Notes: generated by a model from the sequence alone, not told the origin. Counted from the first letter of the stretch, positions 1 to 10,205 are shown. The stretch: DNA of 64,000 nucleotides from Simkaniaceae bacterium (GCA_050248615.1 JBFWSA010000001.1:36841-100840); one strand, 5' to 3'. A program made the numbers and translations.

Positions 1-201
1 GGTTATAGGGGTAACTTAGGAATCGATGCCATGGTTTATAACAACACATTACACCCGATTGTTGAGATCAATTTACGCAAAACAATGGGATGGCTTGCTC
101 TCAAATTGCAGCGCAGTTTGAGTTATGAAAGTAAAGGTGCAGGACTTTTACCTACACATTTAGAAAAAATCACGTTTCCAAAACAGCTTAAGTTGTTATA
201 G
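1..201 (+). CDS. 3' end of an ATP-grasp-fold protein (partial, runs in from the window edge)
   Basis: Frame 1 is open from base 1 to TAG at 199-201. It translates GYRGNLGIDAMVY...IVEINLRKTMG, matching the ATP-grasp C-terminal 'G.xGID...EIN.R' pattern. Confidence 0.6.
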   Translation, partial: GYRGNLGIDAMVYNNTLHPIVEINLRKTMGWLALKLQRSLSYESKGAGLLPTHLEKITFPKQLKLL

Positions 202-208
202 TCATCTT

Positions 209-1585
209 ATGGAAGCATTCAAAATCAAAGGTGGAAATCCTTTAGAAGGACATGTCAGAGCAACGGGCGCAAAAAATGCGATCTCGAAAATGCTTGTTGC
301 TTCTTTATTATCCGATAAGAAATGCATTTTTAAGAATGTTCCGCATATTTCTGAAGTAGAAACCACGGTCCGTCTTTGTCAAGAGATCGGAATGGAAGTG
401 CAGTGGGATCACGATGGAGGAACAATCGAAGTGATCACTAAAGAGGTGAAGTCTTCTTATGTTCCGTTAAATTTTTCAGGGGCGAATCGGATTCCGATTT
501 TAATGATGGGGGCTCTTCTGGGGCGCACAAAAGAAAACATTGTGGTTCCCACAGTAGGTGGATGCAATATCGGCAAACGCCCTGTCGACTTTCATATTAA
601 AGCCTTGGAAGCTTTGGGTGCTGTTGTCGAATACCGGACGATCAAAAAAGAACGCGCCTATTTTGCCCATGCACCCGAGGGACTTCGGGGAGCTATCATC
701 GAACTTCCTTACCCTTCCGTTATGGCAACCGAAAATGCGATCCTTGCAGCGTGTCGGGCTAAAGGACGCACAGCCATTCGGGGAGCCGCTATCGAACCTG
801 AAATCATTGATCTTATCCTGTTCTTGCAGAAACTTGGCGTTGTGATTTATGTCGATGTGGATCGCACCATTTATGTTCAAGAAACCAAAACATTTTACGA
901 AGTCGAACATACCGTTATCACGGACCGGATTGAAGCTGCTTGCTTAGGCATGATGGGAATTGCCACCAAGGGGAAAGTTTTTGTTGAAGGAGCCCAGCAG
1001 CCTCATATGATCACTTTCCTGAATAAACTCAGGCAGATCAATGGGGGGTTTGCAGTCAAAGACAACGGAATTGAATTCTTTTATCAAGGACCCCTTAAAG
1101 GGGGGCTTCATTTAGAAACCGATGTCCACCCCGGTTTCCTCACAGATTGGCAACAACCCTTTGTGGTTTTACTCACACAGGCTCTAGGAAGCTCTGTGGT
1201 TCATGAAACCGTCTATGAAAATCGGTTTGGTTATGTAGAAACTCTTAAAGACATGGGGGCCCATGTTGAACTATTCACCCAATGCTTGGGAGACCGCCCC
1301 TGCCGCTTTGCCTCACAAAACTACCAGCATAGTCTTATCGTCAAAGGCCCCACAACCTTCAAAGGGAGTGAAATCCACATCCCCGATTTAAGAGCGGGAT
1401 TTGCCTACGTGATGGCAGCCCTTCTTGCCCCGGACGAGAGTCTCATCTCAGGCCTTCCCTATATCGACAGAGGCTATGAAAAGCTCGAGCTCAAATTGCA
1501 AGCTCTAGGAGCTGACATTCAGCGCATCCAGATTCCCCCTCCGGTAGAAATCTTAGAATCCTTCCAAGAAGCAGTTGTGACTTGA
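209..1585 (+). CDS. murA: UDP-N-acetylglucosamine 1-carboxyvinyltransferase
   Basis: Motifs GAKNA, GGCNIGKRPVDFH, PSVMATEN, HPGFLTDWQQP, ETVYENRF, DLRAG, IDRGYE. Confidence 0.97.
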   Translation: MEAFKIKGGNPLEGHVRATGAKNAISKMLVASLLSDKKCIFKNVPHISEVETTVRLCQEIGMEVQWDHDGGTIEVITKEVKSSYVPLNFSGANRIPILMMGALLGRTKENIVVPTVGGCNIGKRPVDFHIKALEALGAVVEYRTIKKERAYFAHAPEGLRGAIIELPYPSVMATENAILAACRAKGRTAIRGAAIEPEIIDLILFLQKLGVVIYVDVDRTIYVQETKTFYEVEHTVITDRIEAACLGMMGIATKGKVFVEGAQQPHMITFLNKLRQINGGFAVKDNGIEFFYQGPLKGGLHLETDVHPGFLTDWQQPFVVLLTQALGSSVVHETVYENRFGYVETLKDMGAHVELFTQCLGDRPCRFASQNYQHSLIVKGPTTFKGSEIHIPDLRAGFAYVMAALLAPDESLISGLPYIDRGYEKLELKLQALGADIQRIQIPPPVEILESFQEAVVT

Positions 1586-1609
1586 GGCATTTTCTAGTAA
1601 ACTATCTTC

Positions 1610-2554
1610 ATGATTCATTGGAGAACCCTTCAAAAAGATAATTTTAGAGACTGGAAAGCCCTTGCACAGTTTTTAGAAATCGATCCAAGCAAGGTCGTCC
1701 CCTCTCCTTTTTTTCCTTTAAATATGCCAAGAAGACTGGCTGAAAAGGTGGAAAAAGGGAGGCTTGAGGATCCTATTCTGCGCCAATTTTTACCCACCTT
1801 TGAGGAAGAAAAAATCGTTGAAGGCTTCTCTAGAGATCCTGTCTCAGATCGATCCTTTCAGAAAACACCCCGTCTCTTGCAGAAATATCCCGGAAGAGCT
1901 CTCCTGATCTGTACGAGTGCCTGCGTCATGCATTGCCGTTTTTGTTTTCGGCAAAACTATCCCTATGAAGGGACAAACGATTTTGAGGAAGAACTCTCCC
2001 TTATCGCACAAGACCCCTCTCTCATTGAAGTGATTCTGAGTGGGGGAGACCCCCTTTCTTTAAGCGATGAGAGACTAAAAGATTTGATTGAAGGTCTTGA
2101 AAAAATCCCTCATATTAAACTCCTCCGTTTCCATACCCGTTTCCCTATTGGCATCCCAGAAAGAATCACCGAAGCCTTTGTAAACATCCTCAAGACAAGC
2201 AGACTGCAAACGGTTTTTATATTGCATACCAATCATCCTCGAGAACTGGATGGAGATGTCTTTGGAGCTCTCCAGAAAATCCCCGGAACGCTATTAAGTC
2301 AAACCGTTCTCATCAAGGGTGTTAATGATTCCCTCGAAACCCTAAAAGAGCTTTTTTTAACCCTCTCTTGCCAGGGGATTATCCCCTACTATCTCCACCA
2401 ACTCGACCGAGTCAAACAAGCAAGCCATTTTGAAGTTCCTATTGCAGAGGGACTCGAACTCATTCAAAAACTCAGGGGGTGTTTACCAGGGTATGCAGTT
2501 CCAACTTATGTGCAAGAAATCCCCTTTGAGAATGCAAAGTCTATTATTACATAA
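1610..2554 (+). CDS. epmB: KamA-family radical SAM protein (EF-P beta-lysylation, lysine 2,3-aminomutase-like)
   Basis: DPILRQFLP, KYPGRALL, CVMHCRFCFR, ILSGGDPL, RFHTRFP, PYYLHQLDRV; ~314 aa. Confidence 0.88.
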   Translation: MIHWRTLQKDNFRDWKALAQFLEIDPSKVVPSPFFPLNMPRRLAEKVEKGRLEDPILRQFLPTFEEEKIVEGFSRDPVSDRSFQKTPRLLQKYPGRALLICTSACVMHCRFCFRQNYPYEGTNDFEEELSLIAQDPSLIEVILSGGDPLSLSDERLKDLIEGLEKIPHIKLLRFHTRFPIGIPERITEAFVNILKTSRLQTVFILHTNHPRELDGDVFGALQKIPGTLLSQTVLIKGVNDSLETLKELFLTLSCQGIIPYYLHQLDRVKQASHFEVPIAEGLELIQKLRGCLPGYAVPTYVQEIPFENAKSIIT

Positions 2555-2567
2555 CGCGAATTGCGGA

Positions 2568-4304
2568 TTACATCCGATCTAGCGTCTCTAACCCAAGAAT
2601 GTAGAGCCCCTGCTTCAAAATGCGGGCAGTAAGCTCGGAGAGAGCTAAGCGACTGTTTTCTTCAGGAGAGCCTTCTACTCGGCAGTCGCGAAAAAAAGCA
2701 TGAAACTTTTCGGCTAAACCGTAGAGATAATCAGAAAGACGATTAGGCAGAAGATCTCGATCCATCACCGCTAAGGTTTCCCCAAACTGCCTAATCTGAA
2801 GTCCTAATGCAACTTCTGTCGGATGTTTGAGAATAAGGGGTGTCGTAGCCATAATCGCCCCAATATCCTTACCACATTTCCGCTTGATTCCTTGAATACG
2901 TACATAGGAATAGAGAAGGTAGGCAGCAGTGTTCCCTTCAAAATTTAACATCCGATCGTAGCTAAAGATATAATCTTTCAAGCGGTGACACGAGAGGTCG
3001 GCATACTTCACTGCATCGATTCCCAAAATGCGAGAGAGGTGATCGAGCTCCCCTTCTGTAATAGCTTCTAAACGTTCTTGAAGGAGCATGCGGGCACGAT
3101 TAACTGCTTCTTGGAGAAGATCGATCAACCTTTCCGTTTCCCCTGAGCGTGTTTTGAATTTTTTTCCATCAGGACCTAAGACAACGCCAAAAGGAACATG
3201 TTCAATGAGCGTTTTTTCGGGGTCGTAGTAACCCGCTTTTTGAGCCGCTTTAAAAACCATTTGAAAATGGAGTTGTTGTCCTGCATCCACAACATAGATG
3301 ATCCGATCGGCTTTCTCTTCTGAAACGCGTTGCAGAAGGGCTGCTGTATCGGTAGTTCCATAGTTATATCCTCCATCACTTTTTTGGAGAATTAGGGGAA
3401 GGGGCATCCCATCTTTACTCTTAAAACCTTCAAGAAAAACGCATTTGGCACCATCAGAAATTTCTAGGATCCCTTTTTTTTCATAATCAGCAACCACTTG
3501 GGGAAGCATCGGGTTATAAAAGGACTCGCCACGCTCTGTTAAAGTCACCTTTAACACATCGTAGATCTCTTGAAACCCCTGGCGAGAGATTTCACAAATT
3601 CTTTCCCATGCTGCAATCGCCTCTTTTTCCCCTCCTTGCAAACGGACCACTTGGAGTTGCGAACGCTTTTTAAAGTCGGGATCTGCATCAAAAAGTTTTT
3701 TTGAAGCACGGTACCAATTCATGAGAGATGAAAGATCGGTCTTCTTCGCCCCTGTTAAGACGTCAGGTTCCTTCTCTTTCAAATAGGTGATGAGCATCCC
3801 AAACTGTGTTCCCCAATCTCCAATATGATTGAGTCTTAATACATCGTGTCCTAAAAATTCGAAGAGACGAGCTAAACTTTCCCCAATAATGGTGGAGCGT
3901 AAATGACCGACATGAAGCTCTTTAGCAACATTAGGAGAAGAAAACTCCACAATGATTTTTTTTCGCTTCTCTAAGGGAGGAACACCCAATCGTGAATCAG
4001 CAGCCACTTGGGTGAGTTCTTGAGAAAGAAAGTCAGGCGTTAGGGTAATATTGATAAACCCTGGGCCTGCGACCTCAAGCTTCTCTATCCTAGGATCTCC
4101 CTCCCACTTTTCTACAATTTGCTCGGCAATCTTTCGGGGATTTTGACCTAATAGCTTGGCCAACTTCATCGCAGAATTGCATTGATAATGCCCAAATTGC
4201 TCCTGAGTGCTTTGCGTAATATCTGCTAACAGCTCTTGATCAGAGAAAAGTTCTTGGATTATGGCGGTGGCTTGATTTTGAATCAGTGTGGAAAGGTTTT
4301 GCAT
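2568..4304 (-). CDS. argS: Arginine--tRNA ligase
   Basis: VEFSSPNVAKELHVGHLRSTIIG (HIGH), NHIGDWGTQFG, KFKTRSG, GNTAAYLLY. Confidence 0.98.
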   Translation of the reverse strand: MQNLSTLIQNQATAIIQELFSDQELLADITQSTQEQFGHYQCNSAMKLAKLLGQNPRKIAEQIVEKWEGDPRIEKLEVAGPGFINITLTPDFLSQELTQVAADSRLGVPPLEKRKKIIVEFSSPNVAKELHVGHLRSTIIGESLARLFEFLGHDVLRLNHIGDWGTQFGMLITYLKEKEPDVLTGAKKTDLSSLMNWYRASKKLFDADPDFKKRSQLQVVRLQGGEKEAIAAWERICEISRQGFQEIYDVLKVTLTERGESFYNPMLPQVVADYEKKGILEISDGAKCVFLEGFKSKDGMPLPLILQKSDGGYNYGTTDTAALLQRVSEEKADRIIYVVDAGQQLHFQMVFKAAQKAGYYDPEKTLIEHVPFGVVLGPDGKKFKTRSGETERLIDLLQEAVNRARMLLQERLEAITEGELDHLSRILGIDAVKYADLSCHRLKDYIFSYDRMLNFEGNTAAYLLYSYVRIQGIKRKCGKDIGAIMATTPLILKHPTEVALGLQIRQFGETLAVMDRDLLPNRLSDYLYGLAEKFHAFFRDCRVEGSPEENSRLALSELTARILKQGLYILGLETLDRM

Positions 4305-4429
4305 AATTAAATTTTTTTGTAGCGGTTTTTTTCCTCCTAAAATAACATTCGTCCTCTCTAGAAATCAACTTGAATATAATGAATTCTTCGGGTACGATGG
4401 CCTAACTTGTGTTGAATTAAGGAATAGCA

Positions 4430-5155
4430 ATGGCAAACTTGGTCATTAATAAAAGCTTGAAAGAGCTACTCACCGACTACCTGAAGAAAAACAAAAAGTC
4501 TGATCTCTTAACGACCTACTTCTTCTTTCTAGAGAAAAAGTACAACATCCAACCTGTCCTTTTCTTGCGAGAAAAAACGATCTATCAAAGTAAAGAAGAA
4601 GTTTTAAAGAAAGTGGAAGAGGAAGGCAAACTCTGGCGGGAAACGGAAATTAAAATCCAAGTAGGACAACAGGCGGTTAACGAACTCACGCGAAAAATCT
4701 ATATTTGTCCGTTTACAGGGAAAGTTTTTGGTGACAACACCCATCCTAACCCTCAAGATGCCATCTATGATTGGGTTTCAAGATGTCCTGAAAATAAAGA
4801 GCGTATCGATGGCATGATTGTTAAACGCTTTTTTGTTTCTGAAGATCCTGAAGTGATTAAAAACTATATTCAAAAAAGGCGTGAGCCCATTTCAAAAATT
4901 GTGTTTTCTTCAGGACTGACCGGTAAACTTTTTAATAGTAAAAAGGCTGTCGTAGAAGATTTTGAAAAAAATCAATTGAAACCGATGGAATTAATTGATG
5001 TTCCGGGGCAAAACCGCTTCAAAATCGAAGAGCATTTTTTAACCTTTATTCAAGACCAGCTTGATGACTCCAAAATTTCTGCATTCGTTGATGCCATGAG
5101 CGCTTATGATGAGTTTTCCAAGCATGTGGAACGCTGGGTTGAAGAAAACCAATAG
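4430..5155 (+). CDS. Conserved chlamydial hypothetical protein (DUF2709-like)
   Basis: 241 aa ORF with RBS AAGGAA; KIYICPFTGKVFGDNTHPNPQDAIYDWVS resembles a chlamydia-specific family (from memory). Confidence 0.7.
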   Translation: MANLVINKSLKELLTDYLKKNKKSDLLTTYFFFLEKKYNIQPVLFLREKTIYQSKEEVLKKVEEEGKLWRETEIKIQVGQQAVNELTRKIYICPFTGKVFGDNTHPNPQDAIYDWVSRCPENKERIDGMIVKRFFVSEDPEVIKNYIQKRREPISKIVFSSGLTGKLFNSKKAVVEDFEKNQLKPMELIDVPGQNRFKIEEHFLTFIQDQLDDSKISAFVDAMSAYDEFSKHVERWVEENQ

Positions 5156-5561
5156 GTGGGTCTCTTCCTCAGCTGAGGAAACCCAAGAAATCGGAAAACT
5201 GTTAGCGGAAGGCTTGCCAAAGCCCCTTGTGATCTGTTTTTCTGGTGACTTAGGAGCGGGAAAGACAACGCTCATCAAAGGATTCGCTTCAGCTTTAACG
5301 GGAATCAATTCTCACGAAGTCAACAGCCCGACCTTCACCTACCTCAATATCTATGAAGGAACCGAAACCCTCTACCATTTTGACCTCTACCGATTATCAG
5401 GAGCCGAAGATTTTTTAATGCGCGGTTTTGACGAATACTTTGAAGGCATTTGCTGCATCGAATGGGCAGAGAAAATTGAAGAAATCCTCCCTAGCAACAA
5501 GGCTTTCATCACAATTAAGTACTTAGGAGAAACAAAAAGAGAAATTTCTTATGAAATTTAA
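5106..5561 (+). CDS. tsaE: tRNA threonylcarbamoyladenosine biosynthesis ATPase TsaE (true start probably ~5124-5139)
   Basis: GDLGAGKTT, SPTF, YHFDLYRL, IEWAEK. Confidence 0.93.
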   Translation: MMSFPSMWNAGLKKTNRWVSSSAEETQEIGKLLAEGLPKPLVICFSGDLGAGKTTLIKGFASALTGINSHEVNSPTFTYLNIYEGTETLYHFDLYRLSGAEDFLMRGFDEYFEGICCIEWAEKIEEILPSNKAFITIKYLGETKREISYEI

Positions 5562-6090
5562 AAGTGTTCGGTTTGTGACCTCAGCTTTAAAACCTGAAGA
5601 ATGGCCCGTCAGTGATCTCCCTGAGGTGGCTATCGTCGGACGCTCCAATGTAGGCAAATCTTCTCTGATCAATCATCTACTCCAATCGAAAACAGTTGCC
5701 AAAGTCTCTTCCACTCCAGGGAAAACGCAGCGTATCAACTACTTTCTCATCGATAACACCTTTCATTTGGTCGACCTTCCAGGATATGGTTATGCCAAAA
5801 CCCCCAAGTCCCTCCAAAAAGAGTGGGGACAGTGGATGGAAACCTATTTTTTGGAGCGCCCCTTAAGACTCGTCCTCTTTTTAATCGATTCGAGACGAGA
5901 AGGACTTACTATAGAAGATGCCCAATTTCTAGAGTGGGCTAAACATCATCATATTCCCCTCCTTGTGATCCTCACAAAAGGAGATAAACTTTCAAAAAGA
6001 GAGCGCGACGAGAAATCCCATCTTCTGTATTCTGTTAAAGAAGGCAAATGCCGGGAAATTCTTATCCGCAAGATAAACGAAGCCCTTTAA
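5551..6090 (+). CDS. engB: Ribosome biogenesis GTP-binding protein YihA/YsxC
   Basis: GRSNVGKSSLIN, SSTPGKTQ, DLPGYGYA, TKGD. Confidence 0.95.
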   Translation: MKFKSVRFVTSALKPEEWPVSDLPEVAIVGRSNVGKSSLINHLLQSKTVAKVSSTPGKTQRINYFLIDNTFHLVDLPGYGYAKTPKSLQKEWGQWMETYFLERPLRLVLFLIDSRREGLTIEDAQFLEWAKHHHIPLLVILTKGDKLSKRERDEKSHLLYSVKEGKCREILIRKINEAL

Positions 6091-6105
6091 TACGGAAGTC
6101 AATGC

Positions 6106-6855
6106 ATGGGATTGATTCACAAAGATACCTTTGTCTGCTTTGACTGTGAAGCAACAGGGCTCGATCCAGAGCAAGACCGCATTATCGAAATTGCCGTTTG
6201 TAAGTTTACCTTTGATGAGGTCCTTGTCTCACGCGAAGATCTGATCAACCCGGGTATTTCTATTCCTCAGCACACCATTGAGATCCACCATATCACCGAT
6301 GACATGGTGGCAGGAAAGCCTCCCATCAAGGAGATCCTTTCCGAATATTTAAATATCATCGACAACCACGTTTTGATTGGTCATGCAATCCCTTTTGACA
6401 TTGCCCTTCTTAATCAAGAGGCCAAGCGGTGTCTCATAGAAACCCAGCTCTCTTCTCTAAAATATTTAGATACGTTGCGTATGGCCCGCCTTTATGGAGA
6501 GAGCCCGACAAATTCTCTAGAAAGTCTGCGTAAACATTTTAACATCGAAGCCCATGGAGCTCACCGCGCTATGAGCGATGTCATTGTCAACATTGAAGTC
6601 TTTAAACACCTGAGCCGTAAATTTAAAACAACAGAAGAAGCCCTCAAGCGTTTAGAAAAACCCATTCAGCTAAAAACAATGCCTTTAGGTAAACATAAAG
6701 GACGCCCCTTTCGCGATATTCCCATCGAATACCTCAGGTGGGCTGCCCACCAAAACTTCGACCAGGATCTCCTTTTCTCCCTTCGCTCTGAGCTAAAAAA
6801 ACGGAAACAAGGCAACCTTTTTTCACAAGCCAGCAACCCTTTTTCGGAGCTTTGA
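6106..6855 (+). CDS. DEDDh 3'-5' exonuclease (DNA pol III epsilon-like) with C-terminal DUF3820-like domain
   Basis: FDCEATG, GHAIPFD, HRAMSDV; C-terminal MPLGKHKG...IPIEYLRW. Confidence 0.85.
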   Translation: MGLIHKDTFVCFDCEATGLDPEQDRIIEIAVCKFTFDEVLVSREDLINPGISIPQHTIEIHHITDDMVAGKPPIKEILSEYLNIIDNHVLIGHAIPFDIALLNQEAKRCLIETQLSSLKYLDTLRMARLYGESPTNSLESLRKHFNIEAHGAHRAMSDVIVNIEVFKHLSRKFKTTEEALKRLEKPIQLKTMPLGKHKGRPFRDIPIEYLRWAAHQNFDQDLLFSLRSELKKRKQGNLFSQASNPFSEL

Positions 6856-6863
6856 AGATTCCT

Positions 6864-8030
6864 ATGAAACTCTCTTTACAAGACCTAGATATTCAGGGGA
6901 AAAAAGTTCTCATGCGTGTCGACTTTAATGTTCCTCTTCATCCCGATGGCAGTATTAGTGATGATACCCGTATTCGCCTTACACTTCCCTCAATTGAATA
7001 TGTGTTAAATCAAGGGGGTGCACTGATTTTAATGAGTCACTTTGGTCGCCCTAAGGGAATACCCAACCCAGCTTTTTCCTTAAAACCTTGTGCAGAGCGT
7101 CTCAGTCAACTCCTCGGGAAAGAGGTCAGACTGATCGCTACTTATGCCCAAGCTAAAGAGATCCATCCTGGGGAGGTCGTCCTTCTTGAAAATCTCCGTT
7201 TTCATGAAGGAGAAGAACATCCTGAAAAGGATCCTAGTTTTGCAAAATCCCTAGCAGAGCTCGGAGATATCTATGTCAATAATGCCTTTGGAACTGCCCA
7301 TCGTAACCATGCCTCAACAGCAGTCATTACCGAGTACTTCCCTAAGAAAAGTGCCATGGGTTTTTTAATGGAAAAAGAGGTCTCTTTCCTCTCTCAAGTC
7401 GTTATCTCCCCTAAGCGCCCTTTTTATGCAATCTTAGGAGGGGCCAAAGTGAGTTCTAAAATTGGAGTTCTCGAATCCCTAATTCAAAAGATCGATGCGA
7501 TCTTTATCGGAGGGGGGATGGCTTTTACTTTTTTAAAAGTTCAAGGGATTTCTATTGGAGACTCGATTTGCGATGATGCCCTAATAGAAAAAGCTCAGGC
7601 CTTTTTGAAAGGATGTCTTGAAAAAGCGATTCAAGTCCACTTACCTGTAGACATTATCATTACAAATGGCACCGAAAACCAAGTAGTTCTAGTCAAAGAG
7701 GGAATCCCCTCTGGTTGGAAAGGGATGGATATCGGGCCGAAAACACTAGAACAGTGGGTCCCCTTTTTAGAGAAAGCGGCTACCATTTTTTGGAATGGCC
7801 CCATGGGAGTTTTTGAAGATCCAGCCTTTGCAAGTGGCACCAATCGCCTCGCTCAAAATTTATCTACTCTATCTGGCAATGTGATTGTGGGTGGAGGAGA
7901 TTCCGTCGCCGCCATTAATGCCCTCCATTTAGAGAAAAATTTTGCGCACATCTCCACGGGGGGAGGGGCCTCTCTAGAATTTATTGAATATGGTCATCTC
8001 CCAGGAATCGATGCTTTGACAAACAAATAA
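6864..8030 (+). CDS. pgk: Phosphoglycerate kinase
   Basis: MRVDFNVP, SHFGRPKG, LLENLRF, GGAKVSSK, GGGDS, ISTGGGASLE; ATG at 6864. Confidence 0.98.
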   Translation: MKLSLQDLDIQGKKVLMRVDFNVPLHPDGSISDDTRIRLTLPSIEYVLNQGGALILMSHFGRPKGIPNPAFSLKPCAERLSQLLGKEVRLIATYAQAKEIHPGEVVLLENLRFHEGEEHPEKDPSFAKSLAELGDIYVNNAFGTAHRNHASTAVITEYFPKKSAMGFLMEKEVSFLSQVVISPKRPFYAILGGAKVSSKIGVLESLIQKIDAIFIGGGMAFTFLKVQGISIGDSICDDALIEKAQAFLKGCLEKAIQVHLPVDIIITNGTENQVVLVKEGIPSGWKGMDIGPKTLEQWVPFLEKAATIFWNGPMGVFEDPAFASGTNRLAQNLSTLSGNVIVGGGDSVAAINALHLEKNFAHISTGGGASLEFIEYGHLPGIDALTNK

Positions 8031-8047
8031 TTTCATCAGTTTCTCCG

Positions 8048-8075
8048 TTGTAAAATATCTTCTCCCTGCTATAAT
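8048..8075 (+). promoter_or_regulatory. Putative sigma66/sigma70 promoter (TTGTAA-16-TATAAT with extended TG) directly upstream of MITE A
   Basis: TTGTAA at 8048-8053 and TGCTATAAT at 8067-8075. Confidence 0.5.
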
Positions 8076-8086
8076 GTGGGGTAGAT

Positions 8087-8250
8087 GAACCTATCCAGTA
8101 TTTAAGGTTTTATTTGATTTCTTCGATTTTTGAACAGATTTTCCCTTTTCATTTTGATCACATTGTCCATGAGACAAGAGGTCAAAATGAAAAGGGGAAA
8201 GATGCCAGAAAGCGTGGAATAAAAAATATCCTTAAATACTGGATAGGTTC
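8087..8250. mobile_element. MITE-like palindromic element, family A, copy 1 (164 bp)
   Basis: TIR GAACCTATCCAGTATTTAAGG / CCTTAAATACTGGATAGGTTC and an internal hairpin. A second, inverted copy lies at 59882-60044. Confidence 0.9.
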
Positions 8251-8340
8251 ATGGATAATCAAAAATATCCACACCATTTTGACGCAGGAAAACCAGGACC
8301 ATGTGTAACATTCGTTTGAGGCGAGGCAAGTTGTGATATC

Positions 8341-8505
8341 AGTGCCTGACCGCAAAAGTTCTTGCAGTAATTTTTGCGTGAAAGACACGCGATTGAACCG
8401 CCGAAAAGGATGCTGTATTAATGCAATACAATATCTTTTTCGGCAGCTCAAGCCCGGGAACTTCGACGCTAAAAATTCCATGAAGAACTTTTCCGGTCAG
8501 GCACT
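8341..8505. mobile_element. MITE-like palindromic element, family F (165 bp)
   Basis: TIR AGTGCCTGACCGCAAAAGTTCTT / AAGAACTTTTCCGGTCAGGCACT; inner stem GCCGAAAAGGAT...ATCTTTTTCGGC. The same end recurs at 63986-64000. Confidence 0.88.
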
Positions 8506-8612
8506 AGCCCTCTATGTAGATAGAAAGTCCTTCTTCTCTTTATCTCTCTCTACAAACTCTTGCGGTCATCTACAATCAGATTCAATTGACAAATTTTTTA
8601 CCTTGGAGAGTC

Positions 8613-10205
8613 ATGTCATCCAAAGCTAATGCAGAATTTAGTCGCTGGCGTTCTTTTTTCTGGCCCATCCACCGTTGGGAAATTAAAAAGTTTGTTCCCC
8701 TTCTGATTTTGTATGCCTTGATTTGTTTTAATTATAGCTTGTTAAAAGCTGCTAAAGATGCCCTCGTCATCACAGCGCCTGGCTCAGGAGCTGCTGCCAT
8801 CCCCTTCATCAAAATCTGGGCGATTTTGCCAATGGCACTCCTCGTCACCTATCTTTTTACAAGACTCTTCAACAAATACAATCAAGAAAAGCTCTTCTAT
8901 ATCATGATCGGGAGCTTTCTCTCCTTTTTTGTTCTTTTTGCAACCGTTCTCTACCCTTTACGCGAAGTCTTACATCCTCATAATATGGCAGACCATATGC
9001 AACAGATTCTCCCTGAAGGGTTCAAAGGACTTATCTCAGTCTTCCGCAACTGGTCCTATACCCTCTTTTATGTCATGTCAGAGCTCTGGGGAACGGCCAT
9101 CATGTCTGTCCTCTTCTGGGCTTTTGCCAATGAAATCATGACTGTCAAAGATGCAAAAAGACTCTATGGAATTTTAGGGGTAGGGGCAAACCTTGCCGCC
9201 ATTCTTTCAGGACAAATTGCTATCATCCTTTCAGGCGAACTCATTGACATGTCCTTTATTTTTGGATCAGACCGCTGGGGACAGTGCCTAGGGCTCGTCA
9301 CAACAGTGGTTGTCTTTACAGGACTTCTCACGATCGCCCTCTTCCGCTGGTATCATGTAAGAGTTGTCAATCGGGACCCCGCCATGCAGCAAGAGCATAA
9401 ACGGAACCATGATGAACGCAAATCGGTTAAAATGGGGATGCGCAAAAATTTTGCTTACCTTGCTAAATCAAAATACCTGTTGTGTATCGCTGTTCTGGTA
9501 ATCGCCTTTAACGTAGCTATCAACATGATTGAAATCATTTGGAAGGATCAAATTTGCCTTCTTTACCCGAATCCTAACGATTTCAATGCCTATATGGGAA
9601 AAGTTTTAACTGCTATCGGAGTCCTTTCGACCTTTATCGGGCTTTTCCTCTGTGGAAATATGATCCGCAAGCTCGGTTGGACCATTAGCGCCCTCATCAC
9701 CCCTGTTGCGCTCCTGATCACAGGAATATTTTTCTTTAGCGTTCTCCTCTTCAAAGACAGTTATATTCTCTCCACTTGGACCACAATGATCGGGCTCACC
9801 CCCCTAGCGATAGGCGTTCTCTTTGGAACCATTCAAAACGTCTTATCCAGAGCCTGCAAATACACCCTATTTGACGCGACCAAAGAAATCTCTTTTATTC
9901 CCTTAAGCTCAGAATCTAAACTTAAAGGAAAAGCTGCCATCGATGGTGTGGGCTCAAGGCTCGGTAAAACAGGAGGATCGATCGTTCACGGCGGTCTTTT
10001 GATGTTCTTTGGAAGTGTTTCTCTCAGCACCCCTTTTGTGGGAGTTTTCCTTCTCCTCGTTGTTTTTGGATGGATCGTTGCTGTGCAATCCCTTGGCCGC
10101 CAATTTACTCACCTCACCTCTCAGGATGAAAAGCTCGATATCGAATCTCAACAACCCGTGGCTGTAGAAAGGTCCTCTACCCAAGAAGCCTCTGTCCCTT
10201 CATGA
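8613..10205 (+). CDS. Npt1/Npt2-family nucleotide transporter (ADP/ATP carrier family, NTT)
   Basis: FWPIHRWEIKKFVP, FYVMSELWG, KYTLFDATKE, KGKAAIDGVGSRLGKTGG; ~12 TM helices; ATG 8613 follows GGAGAG. Confidence 0.95.
   Translation: MSSKANAEFSRWRSFFWPIHRWEIKKFVPLLILYALICFNYSLLKAAKDALVITAPGSGAAAIPFIKIWAILPMALLVTYLFTRLFNKYNQEKLFYIMIGSFLSFFVLFATVLYPLREVLHPHNMADHMQQILPEGFKGLISVFRNWSYTLFYVMSELWGTAIMSVLFWAFANEIMTVKDAKRLYGILGVGANLAAILSGQIAIILSGELIDMSFIFGSDRWGQCLGLVTTVVVFTGLLTIALFRWYHVRVVNRDPAMQQEHKRNHDERKSVKMGMRKNFAYLAKSKYLLCIAVLVIAFNVAINMIEIIWKDQICLLYPNPNDFNAYMGKVLTAIGVLSTFIGLFLCGNMIRKLGWTISALITPVALLITGIFFFSVLLFKDSYILSTWTTMIGLTPLAIGVLFGTIQNVLSRACKYTLFDATKEISFIPLSSESKLKGKAAIDGVGSRLGKTGGSIVHGGLLMFFGSVSLSTPFVGVFLLLVVFGWIVAVQSLGRQFTHLTSQDEKLDIESQQPVAVERSSTQEASVPS

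Noticed and set aside
1610..2554. KamA/EpmB radical SAM as a novel system
   Set aside because: It is an ordinary EF-P modification family member in a housekeeping context.
8114..8629. Short ORFs 8114-8308, 8182-8481 and 8333-8629
   Set aside because: They lie over MITEs A and F with no RBS or protein motif. Only the openness of the F frame is used, as evidence for in-frame insertion.
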